DNA from: Podarcis cretensis
Taxonomy: Eukaryota
Direction of reading: 5' to 3'
Assembly (NCBI GenBank): GCA_951804945.1
Contig: OX638162.1
Coordinates: 55,366,001-55,430,000 of the forward strand
Length of the DNA: 64,000 nt
This document shows positions 1 to 24,487 of this stretch, in pieces. Below the pieces are notes generated by a model. That model made no database searches. It was not told the DNA's origin and saw only the letters and a program-made list of their open reading frames with translations. A program made the translations under genes and the position numbers. Within the stretch, counting starts at the first letter, position 1, and each line of letters begins with the position of its first letter.

Positions 1-642
1 CTCACCACTTACCCTGGCGCAGGGACCCTGACTTGGAGAAGAGGGAAGTAGACTCAGTCAAAGCAGCTGGACAGTTGAGACCTGTTATGGATGGCATAAG
101 GGCTGTGTTCCGAATTCAGCTCATGTTTTCCTGCAATGGCAACCGAGACACAAGGAAATGATTGGCTAACCTGAACTACTGGTTCACACTGCTTACTAGG
201 GAGGCCGCCCCAGTGTCTGGGGGCAACTGCCATTAGGAGCATAGGAAACTGCCCTGTACTGACCCACTTTGGTCCACACTGATTCCCTGGCTGTGGCTCA
301 CCAGGATGTCCACCAGCCCAGCTAGAGATGCCGGGGATAGAAACCGGAGCAGGTGGCTCCCTTGTTCCAGGCTGGCTCCCTCATGTCCTTCTGTTGGCAG
401 GTGAAGACTGTTTTATTTCAACAGGTTTTTGGGAACTGACTAAGGTTTTTAGAAGAAAGGGCTTTTAATAGTGCTGCATTTTCCTATCTGCATTTTAGAA
501 GATTTCCTTTCTATATTATTTTAATTCTATTTGAGTTTAATTACTTTTAACAATTATCTTTTACATGTTTTTAGCCTTTTGTATTTTGTTGGTGCTGTTT
601 TAATTGGTGTAAGCTGCCTTGAGTCCCGGATTTGGGGGAAAG

Positions 643-686
<44 letters not shown>
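643..686. repeat. (AAT)n microsatellite
   Basis: Perfect AAT run. Confidence 0.95.
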
Positions 687-1678
687 GGGCTCTTCAGTAT
701 TTGGGCTGTGCTCTGTGGAGTGGGAGTGAGAAGGAAGATGCAATACCAGTAAAGAAGAACTTTCATTGCCAGCATTTGCATCCAGACATGTGAAACATCC
801 CACAAGGCTCGGGAGATTTTGTGAGTCAGTTCCCGTTTTCAGCTCTGCCTGCGCTGTTTGGAGAGAGCCCTGCCTCTCTCTGATGTACCCCTGCCAGCAT
901 GTTCAAACCATAGAGACTGATCTGGGTTCACACACAGAGAGGCAGGTGGGTTTGGACTCCTTAACTGTAAACTAGCTACTTTGGAAGGATCCGTGCCATC
1001 ACATCAACGCAAACGTGAGGCTGGCAAAGGAGGCAACCGACCCCCATGGCCTCTGTCTCCTTTTCTGTCCAGCTTTCCTTAGCCCCCAACAGAAGGAAAA
1101 GGGAAGCAGGAAACCTCTGGAGCACAGAAGATGAACTTTTGAGAGGAAACACAAAGTGTTTGGTGATTCCTAGCCTTACATGGTACTTTGGGATATGCTA
1201 AAACCTTCAAAAAGTATTTAAAGGCAGCTGCTTTCTCCCTCCCAAGCTGTTCCTCTCCTTCCTTGGCTTTTCTCCTTCTGTACTTGTAGCCTAGGAAGGC
1301 AGGAAGCCCAGCAGAGAGAGAGGGCCAGCCGGCCGGGGCTTAGGCTTGCTCAGGGTTTGCCTGTGTGTAACCCAAGCTATATTCCCTCCAACCAGCATCA
1401 GTTTGCACCCAGTTTATTGATAGGAGCAAGAAAAGCAAGCTGGATTCCAAGCCTGGTAGTTGGGACAGGGTTAAGAATGTATTTATAAAAGCCTCCTCAA
1501 AATGCGCATCAGTTTCAACATCCCTTTAATAGGAAAGGGAACAGCCTGGCTCTGCCTGCACCTTTATGCAGAGCCACGTGTGCAAATCGTGTGCCCCGAG
1601 TGAACCACGCAGGCCGTTTTGAGGAGGGAGGCAGGCTGAGCACAGATCAAACTGACTGACCATGTTCTGACTATTTAG

Positions 1679-14592
<12,914 letters not shown>

Positions 14593-17500
14593 TAATCTGT
14601 TCAGTGTAACCACTCCTGTGTTCCTGTTGGTGAATGAGCTTATGTCTTATCTGTCCAAGAAGCCAAGGTCTGTTAACCCTTTGAGTGCCACACTGGCAAG
14701 AGCTAATATGCAATGAGGACTTGGAGTCACTGGCATCAGTGGCAGGGAAGTTGGGTGAGCCTACAGAAGAGAATAAAACACTGTGAATTCCTGATTTTTA
14801 TTATCTAACCTGTTATTCTAAGTAGGAGGCCATGTATCGAGCTGAAAGTCCAATGGAGGGGCCATTTCTTCTGAGGCAGTCATAGGCCCTTGCATGTACT
14901 GAGCAAGCAGGGAGGAGGAAGGAAGGATGAGAGTACTGAGGGCGAAAAGAGGCTGGTCTCCTGACATTAGGAGAATCACAGGCATGGCCCTCCCTTGCAC
15001 GCAATCTGTATGTAGTTTTTCCAGCTCCCTCTGCTGCACTTGGGATTGAGGACCACAGAATTCATCGCCACATGTATAACCAGCATTCTGCTTGAGACTC
15101 ACAGCAGGCTGCCATCTCTAACTCTTCATCAGCAAGCCCCACCAGCTGCATCTGAGCATTCCCCCTGTAATGCGTTCAGTGCCCCTACTGCCCCATAACT
15201 GAAAGATTACAGACTGCTGTTCCTCTGGATTCTGCCTGGTCCAAAAGAAGGCAGCTTCCTACTCTCTTGGAAACCTGGTTCAGAAACAGAAATCCTCCAG
15301 CACACATCAGAATCCAAGCGGCTCCTGCAGAGGCCATTTGAAGCCGGGCCTTTGGGGAGTCTCATTTGCAGTGGAGGCTACTTTGTATGTGTGTACATGG
15401 ACACAGAAACCTGCTGCTACAAGCTTAAACTTGTGAGTCTTAGCACTTCACTTGCTAGGACTTGGCATGGTGATGGGGCTGGTATCTGAGACCCAGGATT
15501 GCCAGGCATCTCATGGCCCTTTAGCGTCCTCTTGCTGCTGCTGCCGCCGCTGCCCTTACCCTTCCAGGTTTCTCACTGTGGGTTAAAAACTGGCTAGACT
15601 TTGCCTATCTTTTCTCTTTTATAGCTTCCCAGTTGTTCATTTGCCTCCCTGCACAACATCAAATTTTTGTGGTTAGCTGCAAATGGTTATTTCTTAAGTT
15701 AGAACAAAGCTCAGCTTTCTTGTATGTGAAATAGGAGAAGCAGTCCTTTAGGTAGCACAGTTGATGGCAGTGCTGAGCGCAAACTGGAGACATGAGGTTA
15801 GTGAGTGGTAAGCAGAGATGTCCAGGCCTTACACCCTGATAATAATATTCTCTGAGTGTGAAGGGGGCCTGCAGCAATTATGACATCCAGCCAGTTATCA
15901 GCATTGAGATAACATGCTGGCATGCCTTATTAATCTTGCAAGGGAGGTTCAAGAAAGGTATAATTAAGCAACCTGAGAAAGACAGAGGTGAAGAAGAAAC
16001 GGTGAAGCAGATGAAGGTAGCATGATGGATTGGTTTACTTGCTTTCCCACCAAATAAAGTATTTGAAAATTGAAAGTTTTGAGGAAATGGACAGCAGGTG
16101 AAAATGCAGCTCAGCACCAGATAACAGCTAGGGGAAGAGTCAGCGCAGAGCAAAGCCCCCCACCCCACAATATCTTGGAGTTGCTGCTGCTGCTGCAACC
16201 TCCTCCTCCATTCTTCTCTTGTATGTTAGCTCCCTACCCTTCTCATATCACCAACTGCTTCCCACCCTGCAGTGCTTTTTCCCAATCAGATGCTCTGTTC
16301 TTGTAAATGGTCCTGCATCTGACTCTACAACTGGTGGAAGAGAAAAAAAGAAGTGTGCTGAAACTGCCTTGTTCTCTGAGGAAGCAGTGACCCCAACAGA
16401 TGGGCCCCATGGCTTCCATTACCTTTCTCATCCTCACGTGTTGAGTTTCCCCTCTTCTCCTCTTCTGCCACTTGACTTTCTTGTTTTCATTCATCTTTCT
16501 TGCCTCCTTTCTTCTTATGCATCAATATATTACAGGTCATGTCCAATGAGACAAGGTTGTTTTCTGCAAGATGCGCTTAGCTTAGCAACTTGTTCAGTGT
16601 GGGGTGAAAGTCTGAAGTGACAAATTGGATGCAATGGCCACTCCCATGGTCTATAAGCCACAGGCACATGTGTCTTGTCCGCTGGCATGACTTTGAGGGC
16701 TGCTGAGGGGCAGTAGGATCTGGGATGACACCAGACACCCAACACAGCAGAAATTGCAATTTGGTGGTAGCACTGAAAGAAAAGGGAATCAAGGTGTGCA
16801 GCTGCCTGCTGCTTGCTGGAATGAGATGCTGGGAGGTGGGGAGAAATGCTGAGCGACAATCTTGTTGACCTGTGCTGAAAGGTGGCGATTCAGCCCAATG
16901 CACTGAATAAAACCCCCTGGTCCCTTGGGACTGAAACATCCCAGGGTTCCCCAGGTCCCGCCTTGCCCTCCTTCCCTTCCCCCACCCTCAAATCTACACT
17001 CAGGGTCTCTTTTGAGTAGTGCCCACTTCACAACAACATGTTCTGTTGGCACCTGACAATCACGTGGTATTTCAAGAACAGTGGAAACTCCAGCACCGAA
17101 AACTAAGTAGGTGATTTCTCTAGGGGGATTTTAGCCATTGACAGTATGGCTGAAATAGTTTGGCATCCACCTAAACTGGCACTGTCTGAGGATCAGCCAG
17201 AAAAGATGGTTCCAAGCATTACCAGTCTGTCTCTTCTCAGTCTTGAGAATATGCAACTTTGTGGGCCACTGATCGGGGGCGGGGGAGCCTGTGGACTTCT
17301 CCATTTGGTTAAATTACCAAAACCAAATCAAATCCACTGTTGTGTGCTTCTTTTGAACAGGAATTTGGACAGATACATTTAAAGGAATTACATAGCTGTA
17401 ATATATTTCCAGTTAGTGGTTCACAATAATAATCTGTATTTGGAGAGACCATGTACATCAGCTGTTCTAATAAATTCTGATCTTTTCCAATCACATTCCT

Positions 17501-18630
17501 TGATGCTTTGTTTCTGTTGTAGAGAAGACATCTTTGAGCTGGTAGATAAAATAATTTGGGGTCCAGCAAATTGGTGAAAGGATGCTCTCAGATGCACAAA
17601 CATGGTTAGTTGCTTTATTTACAAAAGATGAGCCAAGACCTGGCTTTGAGGCAACTCTTTACTTAATGATGACATTGTAAGCACTCTTCTCATCAAACTT
17701 GCAGGCCTGAACTTTAAAAACCCAAGGAAAGTGCTTTCCTGTTATACTGCTCTCCCCTCCTTTTTGTTCATTTCAGTATTATCCTATCAGGTCTACCAGA
17801 GGATCTGAATTAATCTTTTGACTCCATTAAGTGTGCTGCATCCACCTATTTCCACTATAGTTCCACCCATAGTAATGGGTGATAGTTGTCATAAATTGGG
17901 AAAATAATCTCTTAGAAGCACAAATCTCTTATTAACTGTATTTTGTTTCATTAGATTATGATTGTGGTCTGAGTTTTGGTGAGGTTACTAAAAGGGTTTC
18001 CCCTCTACAGTGAGGAAGGAGGAAGTCATTAGGGGAGAGACTTCAAGCTGCAATCAGGAAGTGGCTAAACCACAATAGGGTGCTGCAGAGATTCTTTCCT
18101 TTCACTCTGAATGGCTCACATGCTCAGCTTAAATGCTGATTCTCTGTTGCTGTCAATGATGGGGATTCCCAAAGTGGCCATCACTCTGCTTCCTAATATT
18201 TTGAAGGCCTGGATTTAGTGTGCTTTAGGAAATGGAAGGATATCTGCAGAAGTGTCGGTTTGGATTGTTACTCACATCTCCATCATGCTTCATCCTCACA
18301 AGTAATTCCATTCCCTGAACCCTTGCAGGATCAGACTCGCTACCAACAAAACTAGCTCAGCCCCTCATGAGTGTATGTGCAAAACCACCAGGATCCTGGT
18401 ATACTGTGAACTGCATGAAAATGTTTCCAGATAATTAGAAATTACATAACATGTTCATTTTTTACATTTTATACCTCTTATACAAATCCAAGCAGCTTAT
18501 ATAAAAACAATAAAAATACAACATTCAGTACAGTTTTATAAAAATCAGATAAAACCAAAATGCAAATGCAAATTTGCAGTTTTCGAAAATATACCCTTTG
18601 TATATTACACACTGATAAAAGTGAACAGTA

Positions 18631-19026
18631 CAGATGTTTCCCCACTTATGCGAGGGTTACGTTTCCGGTTTCCGCACGTATACGTGATATCACATATAGT
18701 AGGGAACACCATCTAAAAAGCCTTCTAAACCTCTGGAAACCTTTCCAAAATCCTTTAAAAAACCAGAAGCACTTACCAGACTGGCATGAATTGTGGCAAT
18801 GATGGCTCTTAGTCTTCCTCATCACTGGAGGGTGATGTGGAATCAACAACAAGGGCAGGGAGATTAGTGCCCCGAAGAGGCTGGCTGTGTGTCAGATTCA
18901 CTTGCTGTTGCTGGTATCTTTTGGGGCCGTTTTCACGTCTTTTTGCAATTTAAATTGATTTATTTCCCGGCGTCACACGTATACACAGTCCTGCAAGCTG
19001 AATGCAAGTAAGCGGGGAGACACCTG
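18631..19026. mobile_element. Tigger/pogo-like MITE
   Basis: TIR cagatgtttccccactta / taagcggggagacacctg with TA on both sides. Confidence 0.75.
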
Positions 19027-19257
19027 TATACAAAACAAAACAAAAATAGAAAGTTAAGAGCCAGGGTTAATGAAAGCTTGCATAAACTTTTAAGATGCAT
19101 TTAAAGGTCATTATTCTCTCTACCACACTAATACCTGACAGAGAACATTCCAAAGGATGGGTGCTATCACCAAGAAAGCCTGCTTGCAAATTGTCACACA
19201 CAACATTTTATTCTAGAACAACTGGAGATTGAATACTTGTTTTCAGTCCTCACATTT

Positions 19258-19330
19258 TGTTGTTTAGTCGTTTAGTCGTGTCCGACTCTTTGTGACCCCA
19301 TGGACCAGAGCACGCCAGGCACTCCTGACT
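19258..19330 (-). mobile_element. RTE-BovB 3' end fragment
   Basis: gtttagtcgtgtccgactctttgtgaccccatggaccagagcacgccaggc resembles the BovB/Bov-A terminal sequence. Confidence 0.75.
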
Positions 19331-20657
19331 TCAGTCTTCACATAATCTAGATCTATTGCATATATATTTTGCCCCTGAAAAGTGTTTATTGAGAAACTGG
19401 TGATGAAATAATAATATTGAATATCCAATACATTCTTTGGTTATATATGCATGTATTAATGAGTATCTGGGCATGTGTAGAGTTTATAGTGATATGGAAG
19501 CATATTGAGGGCAACGGTGTCAATAAGTGTTCTAATTTCAAAGGTAATTCTTCTCCCCACGTAAGAATGCAACCTGAAGAGTCACTTTGTAAAAAAAGAT
19601 GAAATTATCAGTGGAGTTTGTCAGGGAAGCCCCCAAATTTATGATCACATTTTAGAAATTCTCGAGGTTTGTTTTCTCCCCCCACTTTCTGATATAAAAA
19701 TGCAGTTTCAATGCTGAGGTAAGACTGCAGAGTAGCACCAATGAGAGGATGTACTGAAGCCTGGTAGGGAAGCAGTTTATAAATAAATAAATAAATAAAT
19801 ATAGTAAATAGCTTGCTGGCTGCAGCAGATTGATTTTTTTTAATTGCCAGGACCAAAACCCAAGACTTTCTCCATCACCATATGCATGTTTGCTTCAGAG
19901 AAAGTCCTAATGAATAAACCCCCCTGCATAGGATGTAGGCCTCGGCAAGGATAGGCGTGCTGCCTGTTGATTTTCCACTCTACATAGGATCGGGATGTGA
20001 GGATGTGAGGGAAAGGAGGAGAAATGAGAAGAACACTCTGTGACAGCATCAGAGGACTCTGTGTGGGAGCCAAAGATGGCAAGCGGGAGGCAGGAAGAGA
20101 TAACAGAACAGCGGGCAGAAACATGCAAAGGCAACTGTGTCAGCTGCAGCTAATGAGGGCGCGGAAGGGGAGAGAGGGCGGCAGCCAGATCAGGCGAAAC
20201 CCCCCCCCCCCCCCGCAGCTGTGGCTGCTGCGCGCCAAGCCTTTAATTGCTCTCTGACTCAGGCCGCGCATCATAACGGTGCCACAATGGAACCACCGGC
20301 TGACTTCTTCCCTGCTGAATAATTTACCCTTTCTACGGCAGCAATTAATTAGCTCTAATGAGAGAGGAGCAGGTCCAGGGAAAAGATATTAAGAGCAGCA
20401 AGGTATTTTGTGCAGCCTGGTGTGGGGATCTGGGCTGAGCAGGCAGCACACACTTGTGGCTGCCAAAGGCCAGCCCCCAGGGGAAGCGAAACGCATCCAA
20501 AGTGGTGGGTGCCATGGAGGACCACAGACCTGTGGCCCAGGAGCCCCCTTGGGGAAACGACGGTGCAAAGCCGATCTCTTCGCTTATGCGCGGTGGCATT
20601 TGGAGTTGTGGCGGTGGCTTTGGGGCTCATCCTCCCGTCTTCTCAGCAACGAAGAAC

Positions 20658-20747
20658 CATAGCTGTCAACTTTTCCCTTTTCTTGTGAGGAATCCTATCC
20701 AGAATAAGGGAATTTCCCTTTCAAAAAGGGAAACGTTGGCAGCTATG
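20658..20747. mobile_element. hAT MITE (90 bp)
   Basis: TIR catagctgtcaac / gttggcagctatg; 8-bp TSD cgaagaac at 20650 and 20748. Confidence 0.85.
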
Positions 20748-21899
20748 CGAAGAACCCAAGTTTTGCGGGGCGAACCAGAGCCAGGTGGTCCTGCAGGATG
20801 AGGCCGAGACCTTTGCTGCCTGAGGCGCAACAACAAAAGAGCTCCCTTCCAGAGCGAGGCTGCCCATTATGGCGGCCCTCAAGGCAGAAAATCCTGCAAG
20901 TGGAAATAAAACCACAGTAACAATGCATTATTAAGCTAAAGGTGATGGAGTCTCCTTTATTGGAGGTTTTTCAGCAAAGGTTGGGTGCCCACCTGGCAGG
21001 GATGATTTTGCTGCGATCCCTGCATGGCATTGGCAGGAGGTTGGACTAGATGAACCTCAGGAGTCCTTTCGACGGAATAACTAACGATTAGCACCTTTTC
21101 CTGCCTCGTGAAAAACCAGCCGCCACGTTGCTTCACTTTGCCGCAGGGCTGGCCTTGGTAACCTGCCTGGTGCTGCAGAATTCAATGGCTGCAATTCTGG
21201 AGACAATAAATGCGGTGGGAACATGGAGAAGAGAAGCTGGGAGCTACTCTGGGGGGACCAGCTCCCTAAAACGGAGAGCGGCATTCCCCAAAAGTCACTG
21301 AGAGACTTTCACCAGTTCTTCCCTCACATGTCACTTCTCAGTCTTCCCTCAGCAGTTTCCCAAAATGGCGATTGGAAGGAATCAGCTGTTTCTTGAAAAA
21401 GAAACAATGAATTGGCTTTAAAAACCTTTTACTGGAGAATATTGATTCAGCCATCTAACCATTCAGAAACTCTGAAGCAAGATGGGAAGAAGCCGCTAGG
21501 TGTCTTTATCACCTGGGGCACTTGGTCTCTGCCCAGCGGCCATTTTGTTTTTGGCCCAACTCTTCCCGACTCGCCAGCTGCGCTCGAGTTTCTCCCGCTG
21601 CGGATGTGATCTGCCCTGACACTCTTCAGTGCTGCAGCTTAGCTGGGTTTTCTTTCCAACGTCTTCGGATGGTGCTCTTGGGAGTCAAAGAGCGAGGCGT
21701 TCCATTTCGCAAAAAGGTAAATTGGGAGCATTACGGGTGCAGATCTGTGTGGGAACCCTTTGCTAAAGTCACCCTGGGTGTAAATAACTCTCTGACTACT
21801 CCTTGATCAATCAAGCTATATAGAAATTCCTTGGAGAAGTTTTGGTGGAAATGACAAGCTAACAAATGCTTTTTCAAAACAATAAAGTTCATGATACGT

Positions 21900-23900
21900 C
21901 AGGGAGAGACGGGGTCTTCCTGAGGGTGGCCCCCCTTGCCTTTCTCCCGCCATCTAATTTTCCCTCACGAGAAGCCGCGGGGGGGAGGGGCGCTGAGGCG
22001 AGGGAGGGAGGAGACCAAAGGCGGGAAACTTGGCCGCACAAGACAAGCGTGCGCCTGCGCGCCATGTCGCGGGCGCTTGCGCGGTGGGCAGCGCGGCTTC
22101 TGGTCACGGATTCTTCGCCGCCGCCGCCGCCGCCGCGCGCCCCGCTGGGGTCTCTCCTGTGCGCGCGCCCGCGAGTCCCCGCCCCCCTCGGCCACGGCTT
22201 CCCCGCCTCCCTCCCTCCCGAGCGCGCCTGCGCCGAGCCCCTCAGTGACAGCCGCCTCCGCCCTCGCCCTGCTGCTTCTTCTTCTTCTTCTTCTGCTTCC
22301 CCTTCCCCTTGAGGGCGGCCGAGCCGGCGCCGCGGCCTCCTGTGAGGCGCCTGCAGGGAGGCGGGCGATGCGTCCGAGCGGCCCGCCGTGAGGGAGGCGC
22401 GGCCCTGGCGCAGCGCCATGCGGCGGGGCCCGGAGCGGCCTGGCGGGAGCCCCAGCAGCGCGGTCCTCGGCGGCACCCAGACGCCCGGCAGCGGAGGCGG
22501 CGCGGGCGGCGGAGGAGGAGGAGGAGGAGACGGAGGCGGCCCGCGCTGAGAGCCGCTGCCTAGGGAGAAGGGAGCGCTCGGAGGGCCGCGGCCATGGCCT
22601 CCTCGTCGGCCTCGCCGCCCTCGGGCTCCTCGGCGCACCAGCAGCTCCTGCAGCAGCAGCAGCCTCAGCCTCAGCCTCAGCGGCGCCGGCGGAGCACCGA
22701 GGTGAGCTGCGACTCGAGCGGCAGCGGCGGCGGCGGCAGCGTCACGGTGAGGATCTGCGCCCGGAGCCCCCCGGGGGGGGCGGCCAAGGCCAAGGCCAGC
22801 ATCTCCTCCTCCAGCGGCAGCAGCAGCTCGGGAGACGCGGCGGCAGCGGCGGCGGCCAGGAAGGCCCAGGCGGCGGCGGCGTCGGGCGTCGGGAGAGGCG
22901 TCCGGGGCAAGAAGCGGAGAGAGAAGGGCGGCGGCGGGGGCGGGGGCGCCTTCGGGCTGGGCCTGGGCCTGGGCCTGGGCCTGGGCTCCCGGCGGCGCTC
23001 GACGCGGCTCCCGCAGCTCTTCGAGCGCGCCTCGGCGCAGTGGTGGAACCCCACGTTCGACTCGAGCAACCTGGAGGAGGCCTGCCGGGAGCGCTGCTTC
23101 CCGCAGACGCGGCGCCGCTTCCGCTACGCGCTCTCCTACCTGGGCGCGGCGGGGCTGCTGTGGGGCGCCTACTTCGCGCTGCGGCTGGGGCCCCCCGCCG
23201 AAGGAGGGCGGCGGCGGGGGCGGTGGCGGCAGGCCCCCTTCGTGGCGCCCGCGCTGGCCTTCCTGGCCGCCTGCCTCGCCTTCTTCGCCTTCACCTTCAC
23301 GCGCGCCTACGGGCGCCACCCGGCGCGCACCTCGCTGGCCCTCGTGCTGCTCGTCTTCGCCATCACGCTGGCGCCGCAGCTGCAGGCGCTGGGACCCCCG
23401 GCGGCGGGCCCGGACGAGTGGGGGGGTCCGCCGTCGGGGCCCTGCCTGTCGCAGGTGGGTAGCTTCTCCATGTGCATCGAGGTGCTGCTGCTGCTCTACA
23501 CCGTCATGCACCTGCCCCTCTACCTGAGCTTCTTGCTGGGCCTCTCCTACTCGGTCCTCTTCGAGACTTTCGGCTACTACTTCCGCCAGGAGAGCTGCTT
23601 CTCGCCCTTTGGGGAGCGCCTCCTGGCCTGGGACCTGCTCAGCAAAGCCCTGCTGCACGTGTGCATCCACGCCACCGGCATCCACCTCTTCATCATGTCC
23701 GAAGTCCGGTCCAGAAGCACCTTCCTGAAAGTGGGGCAGTCCATCATGCACGGCAAAGACCTGGAGGTGGAAAAGGCCCTCAAGGAGAGGATGATCCATT
23801 CCGTCATGCCCAGGATTATTGCCGACGACCTGATGAAGCAGGGGGACGACGAAAGCGAGAACTCCGTGAAGCGCCACTCCACCTCCAGCCCCAAAAACAA
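21900..23900 (+). promoter_or_regulatory. CpG island / ADCY9 promoter overlapping the first coding exon
   Basis: Very high GC and CpG density, GC boxes, NRF1-like tgcgcctgcgc (about 22050), (GCC)n and (GGA)n runs. Confidence 0.85.
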
Positions 23901-24487
23901 AAAGAAAAAGCCTTCTATACAGAAAAACCCCATCATATTCCGTCCTTTTAAAATGCAGCAGATAGAACAAGTCAGTATTTTGTTTGCGGATATTGTGGGC
24001 TTCACAAAAATGAGTGCCAACAAATCTGCGCATGCTCTGGTGGGACTCTTGAACGATCTCTTTGGTCGCTTTGATCGCCTGTGCGAGGACACAAAATGTG
24101 AGAAGATAAGCACTTTGGGGGACTGTTACTACTGTGTGGCAGGGTGCCCTGAGCCCCGAGAGGACCATGCTTATTGCTGCATCGAGATGGGGCTGGGCAT
24201 GATTAAAGCCATTGAGCAGTTTTGTCAGGAAAAGAAAGAGATGGTGAACATGAGGGTTGGTGTTCACACTGGGACGGTCCTGTGTGGCATTCTGGGGATG
24301 AGAAGGTTCAAGTTCGATGTGTGGTCCAATGACGTCAACTTGGCCAACCTTATGGAGCAACTGGGCGTGGCAGGAAAGGTCCATATTTCAGAAGCTACTG
24401 CAAAATACTTAGATGACCGCTATGAAATGGAGGATGGAAAGGTGACTGAGCGTGTTGGTCAGAGTGTGGTTGTAGACCAGCTTAAAG
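22594..24487 (+). CDS. ADCY9: ADCY9 first coding exon (N-terminus, TM1-6, C1a)
   Basis: gccATGG Kozak; donor AAAG|gtatac. Confidence 0.95.

Noticed and set aside
21889-24384. 831-aa minus-strand ORF
   Set aside because: Antisense shadow of the GC-rich ADCY9 exon and CpG island; low complexity and no recognisable domain.
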